Positions 8,447-19,317 of a DNA stretch of 32,000 bases are shown one piece after another. The position numbers were made by a program, and so were the translations under genes. A model generated the notes under the pieces. It was not told the origin of the DNA. It saw only the letters and a program-made list of their open reading frames with translations, and ran no database searches. Every line of letters begins with the position of its first letter. Within the stretch, counting starts at the first letter, position 1. Source of the DNA: Erysipelotrichaceae bacterium MTC7 (GTDB lineage Bacteria > Bacillota_I > Bacilli_A > Erysipelotrichales > Erysipelotrichaceae); the NCBI GenBank assembly GCA_001695645.1, contig LVZN01000009.1, positions 17,177 through 49,176 of the forward strand, given 5' to 3'.

Positions 8447-10366
8447 TTATACACGATTTAATATTTGTTTTAAATCAGATAATGATGAACATTCTTTAAG
8501 TTGTTTTGAATCTTCATCATTTGATGCTATTCTCATGATTTTCCGAAAGAGAAAGTTATAATTGCTACTATCAGAATCGTTCGCAGCAACTAAGATTATT
8601 ATTTTGGCTTCTTCATCGTCCCATTGTATGCTTTTTGAAAGATTAACTACAACAATAGTTGATTGTCTTACAAAATCTTTTGCTCCGTGGGGCAGTGCGA
8701 TTCCTCTTGCTATATATGTACTACTGATTTCTGTTCGCGATATAACAGATTCATAAAAGCCCTTTCTCACATAATTGTTATTGTATAGATATTCGCAGTA
8801 TTTTTGTAGGAATTCATACTTATCACGTATTTTATCATTGAAAAACAATAGATAGTTATTATATATTTCATTGATGTTATTAGAGGCTAATGATGATTTA
8901 GAAAGTAGAAAATGACTTATTTTTTTATAGTCTTCACTAGTAAAGTTTGTATTAATATTTACACTGTTTTTCGCATTTATAATATTTGTTGAACTATTCA
9001 ATATTAATCCATAATTATTTGGGTTTAGTAAATTGATTGTGTTTTCTCGGTATATCTCAGATATATGTATTTCTTTAAAATAAGACTCGATTATATTTTT
9101 CAAAAAAATCTCAAATGATAATCCTTCATTACATATGAGCGCTGTTTTGAGTTTCTTTATATTAGAAGGCCTATTGATTGCGGCGACGATGTGTAAGCAA
9201 ATATACCCAATTTCATTGGAATCAAAATACACATTTTCAATAATTTCTAAATCCTCAATTGTAGTAATAACCGCCATATATACTTCTGTGTAATTTATTC
9301 TTATTTGCTCAAGTAATGGGTTTTCGTTTGTCATGCCGTGTTTCATTCGATTAATAGCTGGCTTTAAGTGGCTCATTAATGTTTGTTTTAATTCAAAATC
9401 ATTTGAAAGTTCAACATTCAATCTCATGCTTAAAAGGTTAATGAATTTTTCCAACATGCCATATTCTTGAATAGAATTAGTGAAATTCACTTGTTTTCTA
9501 GTTCCAATCAATAAAACTGCAATATAGTCAATTTCTGATTTTGCTAAAGCAATGTCAAACTCTTTTTCGATATAGTTTTTAATAATTGTTGAGTAGTAAT
9601 ATTCTTGAGTGTTTTTTATATTATAAAATTCTTCATTACTTATAGTATAGCCTAAATATATCCGTACGATTATTATAGCAAACTGTACACTTAAAAAGTT
9701 ATAATCTTCATCACAAAAATTAGTGTTAATAATTTTTTCGCTTATTTGCATAATATCTACAATTTTTGCAGTTTCTGTTTCAAGCATAAGTGAAGACAAT
9801 ATACTAACAGTTTTCTTTGTTAGTCTAGGGTATGTAGATACTGAAAGTTTTGTTTCATAGTTACTAAACGAAGTTAGAAAACTATGAAATAGTTTCCTAA
9901 CTTGAGATTCTTTTCCCAAAATTCGAATTCTATTTTTTTCATCACGAACCTTACATTCATATTTGTTTGCGAAATCAAAAACTTCATCTAACAAATGATT
10001 AATGGTTATTTGTGGTAGATTCGTTTTCTCAGATAGTTTGGCTTGACTATAAGTTTTATTTGTAGTTAATAGAAGACTCATTATTTTATAAAAGTCATTT
10101 TCTAATCCAGTATAGAAACTAAATGATTTTTCTTTTAGTTTAGATCGTATGTGTTGCTTAGTTAAAGTGTTAGCTTCAAGAAGAATACCTCTATTGGTAA
10201 TTTTTTTAATATAGCCAGGGTATATAATTGCATTTAATTCTTTGGAGTCGAGATAGTTGTGAATTGTTCTTGATGATACACCGATTTTCTCTGATAGATT
10301 TTTTATTGTTGTAAATTCAGTTTCATCTAATAATAATTCAATTAGAATTGAAATATTTTTCTTCAT
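8447..10366 (-). CDS. PTS-controlled transcriptional regulator, MtlR/LicR/ManR type (HTH, PRDs, EIIB-Gat-like, EIIA-Mtl-like)
   Basis: 639 aa. It has an N-terminal HTH (IKNLSEKIGVSSRTIHNYL), central PRD-like repeats, an ALICNEG EIIB-like cysteine segment, and a C-terminal EIIA-2 motif GIALPHG. Confidence 0.8.
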   Translation of the reverse strand: MKKNISILIELLLDETEFTTIKNLSEKIGVSSRTIHNYLDSKELNAIIYPGYIKKITNRGILLEANTLTKQHIRSKLKEKSFSFYTGLENDFYKIMSLLLTTNKTYSQAKLSEKTNLPQITINHLLDEVFDFANKYECKVRDEKNRIRILGKESQVRKLFHSFLTSFSNYETKLSVSTYPRLTKKTVSILSSLMLETETAKIVDIMQISEKIINTNFCDEDYNFLSVQFAIIIVRIYLGYTISNEEFYNIKNTQEYYYSTIIKNYIEKEFDIALAKSEIDYIAVLLIGTRKQVNFTNSIQEYGMLEKFINLLSMRLNVELSNDFELKQTLMSHLKPAINRMKHGMTNENPLLEQIRINYTEVYMAVITTIEDLEIIENVYFDSNEIGYICLHIVAAINRPSNIKKLKTALICNEGLSFEIFLKNIIESYFKEIHISEIYRENTINLLNPNNYGLILNSSTNIINAKNSVNINTNFTSEDYKKISHFLLSKSSLASNNINEIYNNYLLFFNDKIRDKYEFLQKYCEYLYNNNYVRKGFYESVISRTEISSTYIARGIALPHGAKDFVRQSTIVVVNLSKSIQWDDEEAKIIILVAANDSDSSNYNFLFRKIMRIASNDEDSKQLKECSSLSDLKQILNRV

Positions 10367-10425
10367 TTTATCCTCCGTAAGTTCTAAATCAATTATAACA
10401 AAAATATTAGATAATTATTTCATGA

Positions 10426-10460
10426 TTAATTGCAACATTTTAACCTATTGTTGCAATTAA
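10426..10460. promoter_or_regulatory. 12-bp perfect inverted repeat TTAATTGCAACA-N11-TGTTGCAATTAA upstream of the mannosidase operon
   Basis: Read directly from the sequence. It lies in the divergent intergenic region between the regulator and the GH38 gene, so it is a candidate regulator binding site. Confidence 0.5.
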
Positions 10461-10532
10461 TTAAGTGATTTAAGAGTTTATTGTTGAAATAATGCGGTGT
10501 TATTATTTGCTTAGATAAGAGGAGGTATAAAA

Positions 10533-13211
10533 ATGAAGAAGATTGCGCATTGTATACATCATACACATTGGGATCTTATTTGGTATTTTACTGCACAAGA
10601 TGCAGCGGTTCAGTTTAGTTATAATATGAAAGAAATTCTTCGTGGTTTCCACCAAGGGAGAATTGACAGTTTTTTTATGGATGGACAAACAGCACCTATT
10701 GATGAGTATTTATCTTTACATCCGGAAGATTATAGTTATATGAAAGAATTGGTTTCGGATGGTAGACTTGTTATTGGACCATTTAATTCTCAACTTGATT
10801 GTTTTATTTCAAGTGGAGAATCAGTAATTAATAACTTACGCCTAGGAATAAAAACATCAAAAAAGTTAGGTAAGGTTTCAAAGGTAGCATATTTACCCGA
10901 TTCATTTGGACATTCATATGACTTTCCAAAAATTTTCAATAAATTTGGAATTGAGAACTTTGTAATAACTAGAGGTGTCGGTGATGAGTATGGATTAGAC
11001 AGTGAGTTTTATATGTCATCAAATGATGGAAGCAAACTACTTGTCTATGTTATGATTGCCGGATATGGATATGGATGTTATGGATTTAAAAGTGGACATC
11101 TATTTGAAGAAGAAGCATTGGATTACAATAAAATAAGTGTATCTACATTAATTGAAAGATTATTAAAATATACCACGGTTAAAGATGAATTTGTTTTTCC
11201 TTTAGGTTTTGATCAAAATCCAGCGATTCTAGATATTGATAATATGATTTCCAAATATAACGATGAACAGAATGAATATGAATTTAAATCAACAACCTGG
11301 GAAAAATATCTTGGGCATGTAAGAAAATGTGGGAAAAATTTAAAAACTCATAATGGTGAACTCTATTCAACTCAATATCATAGAATTCATAGAACGATGT
11401 TTTCTGCACGTGCCGATATTAAAGCGATGCAGGATAAATGTGAACGTATTTTAACTTATGAATTACAACCATTGATGGTAATGCTTGATTCATTAGGTAT
11501 CATGTATGATCATGGTATTTTAGATAAAGCATGGGATACACTTATAAAGTGTCAAACACATTCGTCTGCGACATTAACTGACGAAACTAATGATTATATT
11601 GAAAGAGAAACAACTAACGCGCTGAATCTAGTGACTTCACTAAAAACGTTCCTGATGAAATTAGTTTCAATATCACTTGATTTAAGTACAGAGACAAAGT
11701 ACCCAATTACTATTTACAATACTTTGCCTATTAAGAGAAAAATGGTTTTTGAAGCAAAGGTTCTTACAAAGACAAAAAACTTTGAAATCTTTCACAAGGG
11801 AGAAACAGTCCCTTTTACTGTAAAGCAGTCCATTAGAAAAAACTGTGGTGTGCTTAGAAAAGATAAAGAGTTAATTAATCATGAAAAGTTTTATTTTGAA
11901 ACAGATATTGTTATTGAGACAACAGAGTTTAATGGAATATCATACAAAACATATGATGTGATTGAAAAAGAAAATGCAAGAATGTCATATTTATCAGATG
12001 ATAAGTTCTACATTGAAAACGAGTTTTATAAGATATATCAATCAGAAGACGGTATTTCGATATATGATAAAGTGCAAAATAAATTAAATACTAAGGCATT
12101 TTATATCGAAGAATCAGGAGATGAAGGAGATAGTTTTGATTACTCATATCCAAAAAATGATATGTTTAATTATAACTACCTGGAATATAGTAACGTTTCA
12201 TATAAGTCTTCGAGAGAATTACAGCAAATGGTTCTTACTGGAAGTTTGATGGTGCCATCAAACCTCGAAATGCGTACTAGAAAAATTAATGATTCCGAAC
12301 TTGGATACAGAATTGAAGTTTCTTTGAAAAAGAATAGCTCAATTATAGAAATTAAAGGTTACTTTGATAATGCAGCTGAGCAGCACAGGGTTCGTCTAGT
12401 TTTTCATGGTAACGATAAAAACACTTCATCAATTGCTGGTACACAATTTAGTTTTATTAAGAGAAACGTTTATCAAAAAGAAATGAAGACATGGAGGGAA
12501 GATAATTGGTTTGAAGAACCAAGTGCCAATTATCCATTGCTAAATCATGTATCGATAAAAAATGACAAAGATAGTATGTTAACATTATTTACTAGAAGTA
12601 GCAAAGAATATGAGTTGATTGGTGATGGATATTCTGATTTGGCTATCACAATTTTTAGATCTTATGGTGCGATGGGATATCCAGATTTAAATCGACGACC
12701 TGGCCGTCCAAGTGGACTAGACTATATGGTTTTTGATTCGCCCAAATGTCAAATGAAAAAGCGAAACAATTTTGACTTGAGTTTAAAATACTACAATTCA
12801 TTTGATTCTAATTTAGTATTTAATGATTATATGATAACTGCGACAGAAACACCGTATTATCAAAAGCAAGATTTTGATAAGTCAATTAATCCAATTGCAT
12901 ATTTTCCAACAAATCCCTTAGACTACAAACTACCTACTGATTATGACTACTTATTGATTGACAATTTAAAAAGTTGTTTTGGTAGTCTCGTGAAATCTGA
13001 CAGTGATAATGGATATCTCTTGCGAATGTTTAATGCTGCGACAGAGAAACTGATTGGTGGTGAATTATGCATACACAATTCAGGAGAAATTAAACTATGT
13101 GAGACTGATCTTATTGAACAAAATGAAAACGAATTAAATGAAATGATTAGATTTGATTCGGGAGAACTGAAAATAATAAAAATAAAGAAAAGTGAGGAAA
13201 AAGAATTATGA
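10533..13211 (+). CDS. GH38 alpha-mannosidase, MngB-like (mannosylglycerate hydrolase type)
   Basis: 892 aa. The N-terminal HHTHWDLIWYF, DGQTAPIDEY, VIGPFNSQ and AYLPDSFGHS are collinear with E. coli MngB as I recall it. The RBS GAGGAGG precedes the start. Confidence 0.9.
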   Translation: MKKIAHCIHHTHWDLIWYFTAQDAAVQFSYNMKEILRGFHQGRIDSFFMDGQTAPIDEYLSLHPEDYSYMKELVSDGRLVIGPFNSQLDCFISSGESVINNLRLGIKTSKKLGKVSKVAYLPDSFGHSYDFPKIFNKFGIENFVITRGVGDEYGLDSEFYMSSNDGSKLLVYVMIAGYGYGCYGFKSGHLFEEEALDYNKISVSTLIERLLKYTTVKDEFVFPLGFDQNPAILDIDNMISKYNDEQNEYEFKSTTWEKYLGHVRKCGKNLKTHNGELYSTQYHRIHRTMFSARADIKAMQDKCERILTYELQPLMVMLDSLGIMYDHGILDKAWDTLIKCQTHSSATLTDETNDYIERETTNALNLVTSLKTFLMKLVSISLDLSTETKYPITIYNTLPIKRKMVFEAKVLTKTKNFEIFHKGETVPFTVKQSIRKNCGVLRKDKELINHEKFYFETDIVIETTEFNGISYKTYDVIEKENARMSYLSDDKFYIENEFYKIYQSEDGISIYDKVQNKLNTKAFYIEESGDEGDSFDYSYPKNDMFNYNYLEYSNVSYKSSRELQQMVLTGSLMVPSNLEMRTRKINDSELGYRIEVSLKKNSSIIEIKGYFDNAAEQHRVRLVFHGNDKNTSSIAGTQFSFIKRNVYQKEMKTWREDNWFEEPSANYPLLNHVSIKNDKDSMLTLFTRSSKEYELIGDGYSDLAITIFRSYGAMGYPDLNRRPGRPSGLDYMVFDSPKCQMKKRNNFDLSLKYYNSFDSNLVFNDYMITATETPYYQKQDFDKSINPIAYFPTNPLDYKLPTDYDYLLIDNLKSCFGSLVKSDSDNGYLLRMFNAATEKLIGGELCIHNSGEIKLCETDLIEQNENELNEMIRFDSGELKIIKIKKSEEKEL

Positions 13212-13525
13212 AAAAAATTATTGCTGTATGTGCTTGCCCTGCTGGTATTGCACATACATATATGGCAGCAGAGAATCTAGAAAACTATGCCAAGAAAAAT
13301 GGATATGATATTAAAGTTGAGACAAATGGCTCAAGTGGTGTAGAAAACAGATTAAACGAAAATGATATTACTGCGGCAGATTATGTGATTATTGCCGCAG
13401 ACACAAAAGTTGAAATGGAACGGTTTAAGGGAAAACTATTACTTGAAACATCTGTTTCTACTGCTGTGCGAAAAGTCGATGATATTTTTAAAAAAATAGA
13501 AAATAATGAACTGAAAGAGTACTAG
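13208..13525 (+). CDS. PTS fructose-family EIIB component
   Basis: 105 aa with KIIAVCACPAGIAHTYMAAE, which includes the phosphorylatable Cys motif. Its start overlaps the upstream stop in an ATGA arrangement. Confidence 0.9.
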   Translation: MKKIIAVCACPAGIAHTYMAAENLENYAKKNGYDIKVETNGSSGVENRLNENDITAADYVIIAADTKVEMERFKGKLLLETSVSTAVRKVDDIFKKIENNELKEY

Positions 13526-13536
13526 GAGAGAATAAT

Positions 13537-14586
13537 ATGAAATTTGATACGAAAAAGTTTTATAATCATTTAATGTCAGGTGTTTCTTACTTTCTGCCTT
13601 TTGTAATTGCAGGAGGAATCATGATGGCGTTTGCTTATTTGTTAGATGCTGGAAATGCAAGCTCTGCTACATTTGGTTCATCAACTGCAATCTCTGCATG
13701 GTTACTTGAGATTGGCGGAATCGCAATGAGTTTTATGTTTCCTATGCTTGCTGCATACATTTCATACTCAATTGCTGATCGTCCAGGTATTTTACCAGGT
13801 ATGGTAGCTGGTGTTATGGCTAGAGATGGTGGGTCTGGATTTCTTGGGGCAATTGCTGCTGGGTTTATAAGTGGGTATATCATTTTTGGGCTTAAGTATG
13901 GAACGAAAAAAATGCCTCGTTCATTAGAAGGAATAAAAACCTTATTAATTTTTCCTCTTTTAGGTCTATCGTTAGCTGCATTATCGATGCTAGTAGTGAA
14001 TGCGCTTGTTGAACCAATTAACTCTGGTCTAACTGGATTTCTATCTTCAATGAGTGGTACTAATGCAGTACTTCTTGGTGCAATAATTGGTGTTATGGTT
14101 GCTGTAGATTTAGGAGGGCCAATTAATAAAACAGCATACTTCTTTTCCGTAGCTACATTAACTGCGGCAGACGGCTCTCCTATACCAAGTGTAGTTATGG
14201 CGGCTTGTGGATGCAGTGCAATGGTTGTAAGTACAAGTTGTGCTGTTGCGGCAACGTTATTTCCAAAAAAATTCAGTGAAAATTTAAGAGGTGCAAAAGT
14301 TGGAGCATATGTTATGGGATTAAGTTTCTTTGTTGAAGGTGCAATACCGTACGTGATGGAAAAACCTAAACAAGTACTTCCTTCAATTTGTATAGGTGCT
14401 GGAGTAACTGGAGCTTTAGTTTCACTTTTTGGAGTTACACTCGCAGCTCCGATAGGTGGGTTGGAAACCCTTCCATTGGTTAGTAATATTCCTTTATATC
14501 TATTTTCTTTTGCAGTAGGGACGCTAGTCGCTGTAGTTATTATGTTCTTGTTAATGAAAAACGAAAAAAACATAGAAATAGAGTAA
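13537..14586 (+). CDS. PTS fructose-family EIIC component
   Basis: 349-aa polytopic membrane protein with glycine- and alanine-rich TM segments typical of FruA/MngA-type IIC. It has an RBS. Confidence 0.85.
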   Translation: MKFDTKKFYNHLMSGVSYFLPFVIAGGIMMAFAYLLDAGNASSATFGSSTAISAWLLEIGGIAMSFMFPMLAAYISYSIADRPGILPGMVAGVMARDGGSGFLGAIAAGFISGYIIFGLKYGTKKMPRSLEGIKTLLIFPLLGLSLAALSMLVVNALVEPINSGLTGFLSSMSGTNAVLLGAIIGVMVAVDLGGPINKTAYFFSVATLTAADGSPIPSVVMAACGCSAMVVSTSCAVAATLFPKKFSENLRGAKVGAYVMGLSFFVEGAIPYVMEKPKQVLPSICIGAGVTGALVSLFGVTLAAPIGGLETLPLVSNIPLYLFSFAVGTLVAVVIMFLLMKNEKNIEIE

Positions 14587-14590
14587 TTAG

Positions 14591-15049
14591 GTGATTTCGG
14601 TGAAACTGATAGATGAAAAACTCATTAAAGTAAATATAGAGTTAAATAATAAAAAAGAAGTAATTAAAGAATTCTCAAATTTACTCTCTATAAACGATAG
14701 GATTTCTAATAAAGAGTTATTTGAAAAGGATGTAATTGAAAGAGAATCTGAATTGTCAACAAGTATGGGCTATGGAATTGCAATTCCTCATACACAATCA
14801 GAGAGTGTATCAGAGACTTCACTTGTTTTTTTGAAACTAAGTGAAGCAATAGATTGGGACAATGATAAAGTTCAAATGGTACTTGGCATTGCAGTTCCTT
14901 ACAGTAAGAGAGAAGAAAAACATTTGAAAATTCTATCAGCACTGGCAAGAAAACTAATGAATGAAGAATTTAGAGAAGGATTACTAAATGTTACTTTACC
15001 TAGTGAAGCAATGCAGTATTTGTCGTTCTTGAACTTGGAAATAGAATGA
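14591..15049 (+). CDS. PTS EIIA type-2 (fructose/mannitol family)
   Basis: 152 aa with the active-site motif GIAIPHT. It starts at the GTG at 14591; the GTG at 14600 is an alternative. Confidence 0.85.
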   Translation: MISVKLIDEKLIKVNIELNNKKEVIKEFSNLLSINDRISNKELFEKDVIERESELSTSMGYGIAIPHTQSESVSETSLVFLKLSEAIDWDNDKVQMVLGIAVPYSKREEKHLKILSALARKLMNEEFREGLLNVTLPSEAMQYLSFLNLEIE

Positions 15050-15091
15050 ATGACAATATTCATTTGAATCAATAATAATGACGAATTTATT

Positions 15092-15140
15092 AAAACTCAC
15101 TTGTTAAATCAAAGATTAAGCTAGTGAGTTTTTTTATTTA
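15092..15140 (+). terminator. Terminator of the mannosidase/PTS operon
   Basis: 10-bp stem AAAACTCACT/AGTGAGTTTT with a 21-nt loop, followed by TTTTTATTT. Confidence 0.7.
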
Positions 15141-15288
15141 ATTAGAAGATTTTAACAACCTATATATTGTTATTTAATGACTGATAACCCTTTTTGAAAG
15201 TTAGCACAATGTAAATGTCGCATTACATGATGAGCTTACAGACATCTTACAAATGAAACCAGTAAGCTATTATGTGACGTTGCAAAAT

Positions 15289-15323
15289 AAAGATGAATAA
15301 TTCATACATTCATCTTTTTCTTT
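15289..15323 (+). terminator. Second, orphan intrinsic terminator upstream of the guaA promoter
   Basis: Perfect 10-bp stem AAAGATGAAT/ATTCATCTTT with a 9-nt loop, followed by TTCTTT. No annotated gene ends here. Confidence 0.6.
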
Positions 15324-15369
15324 AGTGTGAAAAATGGTACACTAATTGAGATAAAAAAAGGAGAAAATG

Positions 15370-16911
15370 ATGGCTGATAAAATTATTGTATTAGACTTTG
15401 GTAGTCAATATAACCAGTTGATTGCGAGACGTATTCGTGAGTTTGGAGTATATAGTGAGTTACATTCACATGATATGTCTTTAGCAGAAATAAAAGCTCT
15501 TGGTGATGTAAAGGGAATTATCTTTAGTGGGGGTCCAAACAGTGTATATGATGAGGACGCTTTTAAAGTAGATGAAGCAATTTTTGAATCGGGAATTCCT
15601 ATTCTAGGTATTTGCTACGGAATGCAAATGACACACTATATGAATGGTGGAAAAGTTAAAGCATGTGACTCTAAAGAATATGGAAGAACTGAAATTGAAG
15701 TTGTTAATGATTCACCAATTTTCAAAGGACTTCCAAAAAAACAAACCGTTTGGATGTCTCATGGTGATCAAGTTAGCGAATTAGCAAATGGATTTGTTAC
15801 AGATGCTTCGAGCACAACATGTACATTTGCTGCGACAAGTAACGATGCAAAAAAGATTTACACTCTACAATTCCATCCTGAAGTACGTCACTCTGAGTAT
15901 GGAAATGATATCTTGAAAAATTTCGTCTTTGAAGTATGCCAAGCAAAAGCTGATTGGTCAATGCATAATTTTGTTGATGCAGAAATCGCAAAAATCCGCG
16001 AACAAGTGGGAACTGACAAAGTATTGTTAGCACTTAGTGGAGGAGTAGATTCTTCTGTTGTTGCCGCATTATTACATAAAGCGATTGGTGATCAACTTTA
16101 CTGTATGTTTATTGATCACGGATTATTGCGTAAAGGTGAAGCTGAAGGTGTTATGGAAATGTTTGGTAAAGAAATGAACATTAACTTGACTAAAGTTGAT
16201 GCAAAAGAGCGTTTCTTATCAAAACTTGCTGGCGTAAGTGACCCAGAAGAAAAACGTAAAATCATTGGTAATGAATTTGTTTATACGTTTGATGAAGAAG
16301 TAAAAAAACTTGTCCAAGGTGAAGATATTAAATGGTTAGCACAAGGTACGTTATATACAGATGTCATTGAATCAGGTACAAAGACCGCACAAACAATTAA
16401 ATCACACCATAACGTTGGTGGATTACCTGAAGATATGCAATTTAAATTAATTGAACCATTAAATACATTATTTAAAGATGAAGTTCGTGCATTAGGCACA
16501 GAACTTGGACTTCCTGAATCAATGGTATGGAGACAACCTTTCCCAGGACCTGGATTAGGTATTCGTGTTCTTGGTGAAATCACTGAAGAGAAACTAGAAA
16601 TCGTACGTGATTCAGATTTCATTCTGCGTGAAGAAATTGCAAAAGCAGGATTAGATAGAGAGATTTGGCAGTACTTTACAGCACTGACAAACATGCGCTC
16701 TGTTGGAGTTATGGGTGATCAAAGAACATATGACTACGCAGTTGCAATTCGTGCTGTAACATCGATTGATGGAATGACTGCTGACTGGGCACATATTCCT
16801 TTTGATGTGCTATCAGTTATCTCGGGTAGAATTGTTAATGAAGTTAAGCATGTGAATAGAGTACTGCTAGATATTACTAGTAAGCCTCCAGGAACGATTG
16901 AGTGGGAGTAG
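15370..16911 (+). CDS. guaA: GMP synthase (glutamine-hydrolysing)
   Basis: Starts [24 protein letters not shown] and has the GATase triad region ILGICYGMQ, the ATP-PPase P-loop SGGVDSSV, and the C-terminal ...[14 protein letters not shown] lies 6 nt upstream of the ATG at 15370; the track start at 15367 leaves only 3 nt. Confidence 0.97.
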   Translation: MADKIIVLDFGSQYNQLIARRIREFGVYSELHSHDMSLAEIKALGDVKGIIFSGGPNSVYDEDAFKVDEAIFESGIPILGICYGMQMTHYMNGGKVKACDSKEYGRTEIEVVNDSPIFKGLPKKQTVWMSHGDQVSELANGFVTDASSTTCTFAATSNDAKKIYTLQFHPEVRHSEYGNDILKNFVFEVCQAKADWSMHNFVDAEIAKIREQVGTDKVLLALSGGVDSSVVAALLHKAIGDQLYCMFIDHGLLRKGEAEGVMEMFGKEMNINLTKVDAKERFLSKLAGVSDPEEKRKIIGNEFVYTFDEEVKKLVQGEDIKWLAQGTLYTDVIESGTKTAQTIKSHHNVGGLPEDMQFKLIEPLNTLFKDEVRALGTELGLPESMVWRQPFPGPGLGIRVLGEITEEKLEIVRDSDFILREEIAKAGLDREIWQYFTALTNMRSVGVMGDQRTYDYAVAIRAVTSIDGMTADWAHIPFDVLSVISGRIVNEVKHVNRVLLDITSKPPGTIEWE

Positions 16912-17193
16912 TTCGAAGAAGTTTATGAGATACGCAAAAGTCCGCTTTTTTAGCAGATTTTTTGTATGTTGGAGTTAAGAATAATGAGAAAAAAGCTGTT
17001 AGTGATGTCAAAATGATGTCAAATAATTGAACAATGCATTAAGCACTCCTAAACTTAAGCTAATCCAAAACGATTAGTATTTACTTAATTTGAACAAAAG
17101 TGGACTTGATTCCGATTTGGAATGGCTAAAACATTCTAGATGATACATTCTTGGAATGCATGTTTATGGTTTGAATTGCTCTAAAGAAAGCAT

Positions 17194-17219
17194 AAAAATC
17201 CACCTATTGGTGGATTTTT
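17194..17219 (-). terminator. groESL terminator (bidirectional hairpin)
   Basis: Perfect 11-bp stem AAAAATCCACC/GGTGGATTTTT with the loop TATT. There are U-runs on both strands. Confidence 0.85.
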
Positions 17220-17307
17220 ACCGTTTCTCAATACAGTTACTTGAAGTCTGAAAATGACAACAAATAGACATAACGAGAATTTGATTTACAATACTCAATT
17301 GTAAATA

Positions 17308-19199
<1,892 letters not shown>

Positions 19200-19232
19200 G
19201 ATCTATTCCTCCTATTCCTGTAATTGACCTAT

Positions 19233-19259
19233 GTAGCACTCTTGTATCACGAGTGCTAA
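19233..19259 (-). promoter_or_regulatory. CIRCE operator (HrcA binding site)
   Basis: gTAGCACTC-N9-GAGTGCTAA matches the consensus TTAGCACTC-N9-GAGTGCTAA at 17/18 positions. It lies between the promoter and groES. Confidence 0.9.
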
Positions 19260-19266
19260 CGCCAAT

Positions 19267-19295
19267 ATTCTAGAATTGAAAGTAAAATTTGTCAA
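19267..19295 (-). promoter_or_regulatory. groESL sigma-A promoter
   Basis: On the minus strand: TTGACA (19295-19290), a 17-nt spacer, then TAGAAT (19272-19267), directly upstream of CIRCE. Confidence 0.75.
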
Positions 19296-19317
19296 GTTAT
19301 CAATTAAAAAAAATAAA

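Noticed and set aside
13635-14573. 312-aa antisense ORF opposite the PTS IIC gene. Similar shadow ORFs lie at 1117-1473, 12947-13255, 16281-16694, 17330-17626, 17921-18205, 18338-18538, 22927-23250 and 23392-23604.
   Set aside because: These are all antisense to genes with strong family signatures. They have low-complexity composition and no RBS, which is typical of shadow ORFs.
15141-15366. Purine/guanine riboswitch upstream of guaA
   Set aside because: I could not find the conserved three-way-junction core of the purine riboswitch (the U-rich J1/2 and J2/3 strands and the pairing loops). Only generic hairpins are present. The question is left for cmscan.
16912-16960. Terminator immediately after guaA (AAAAG-tccg-CTTTT followed by a T-run)
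   Set aside because: The stem is only 5 bp and entirely A/U-rich apart from one G-C pair. That is too weak to call, and the strong bidirectional hairpin at 17194-17219 may serve both convergent genes.
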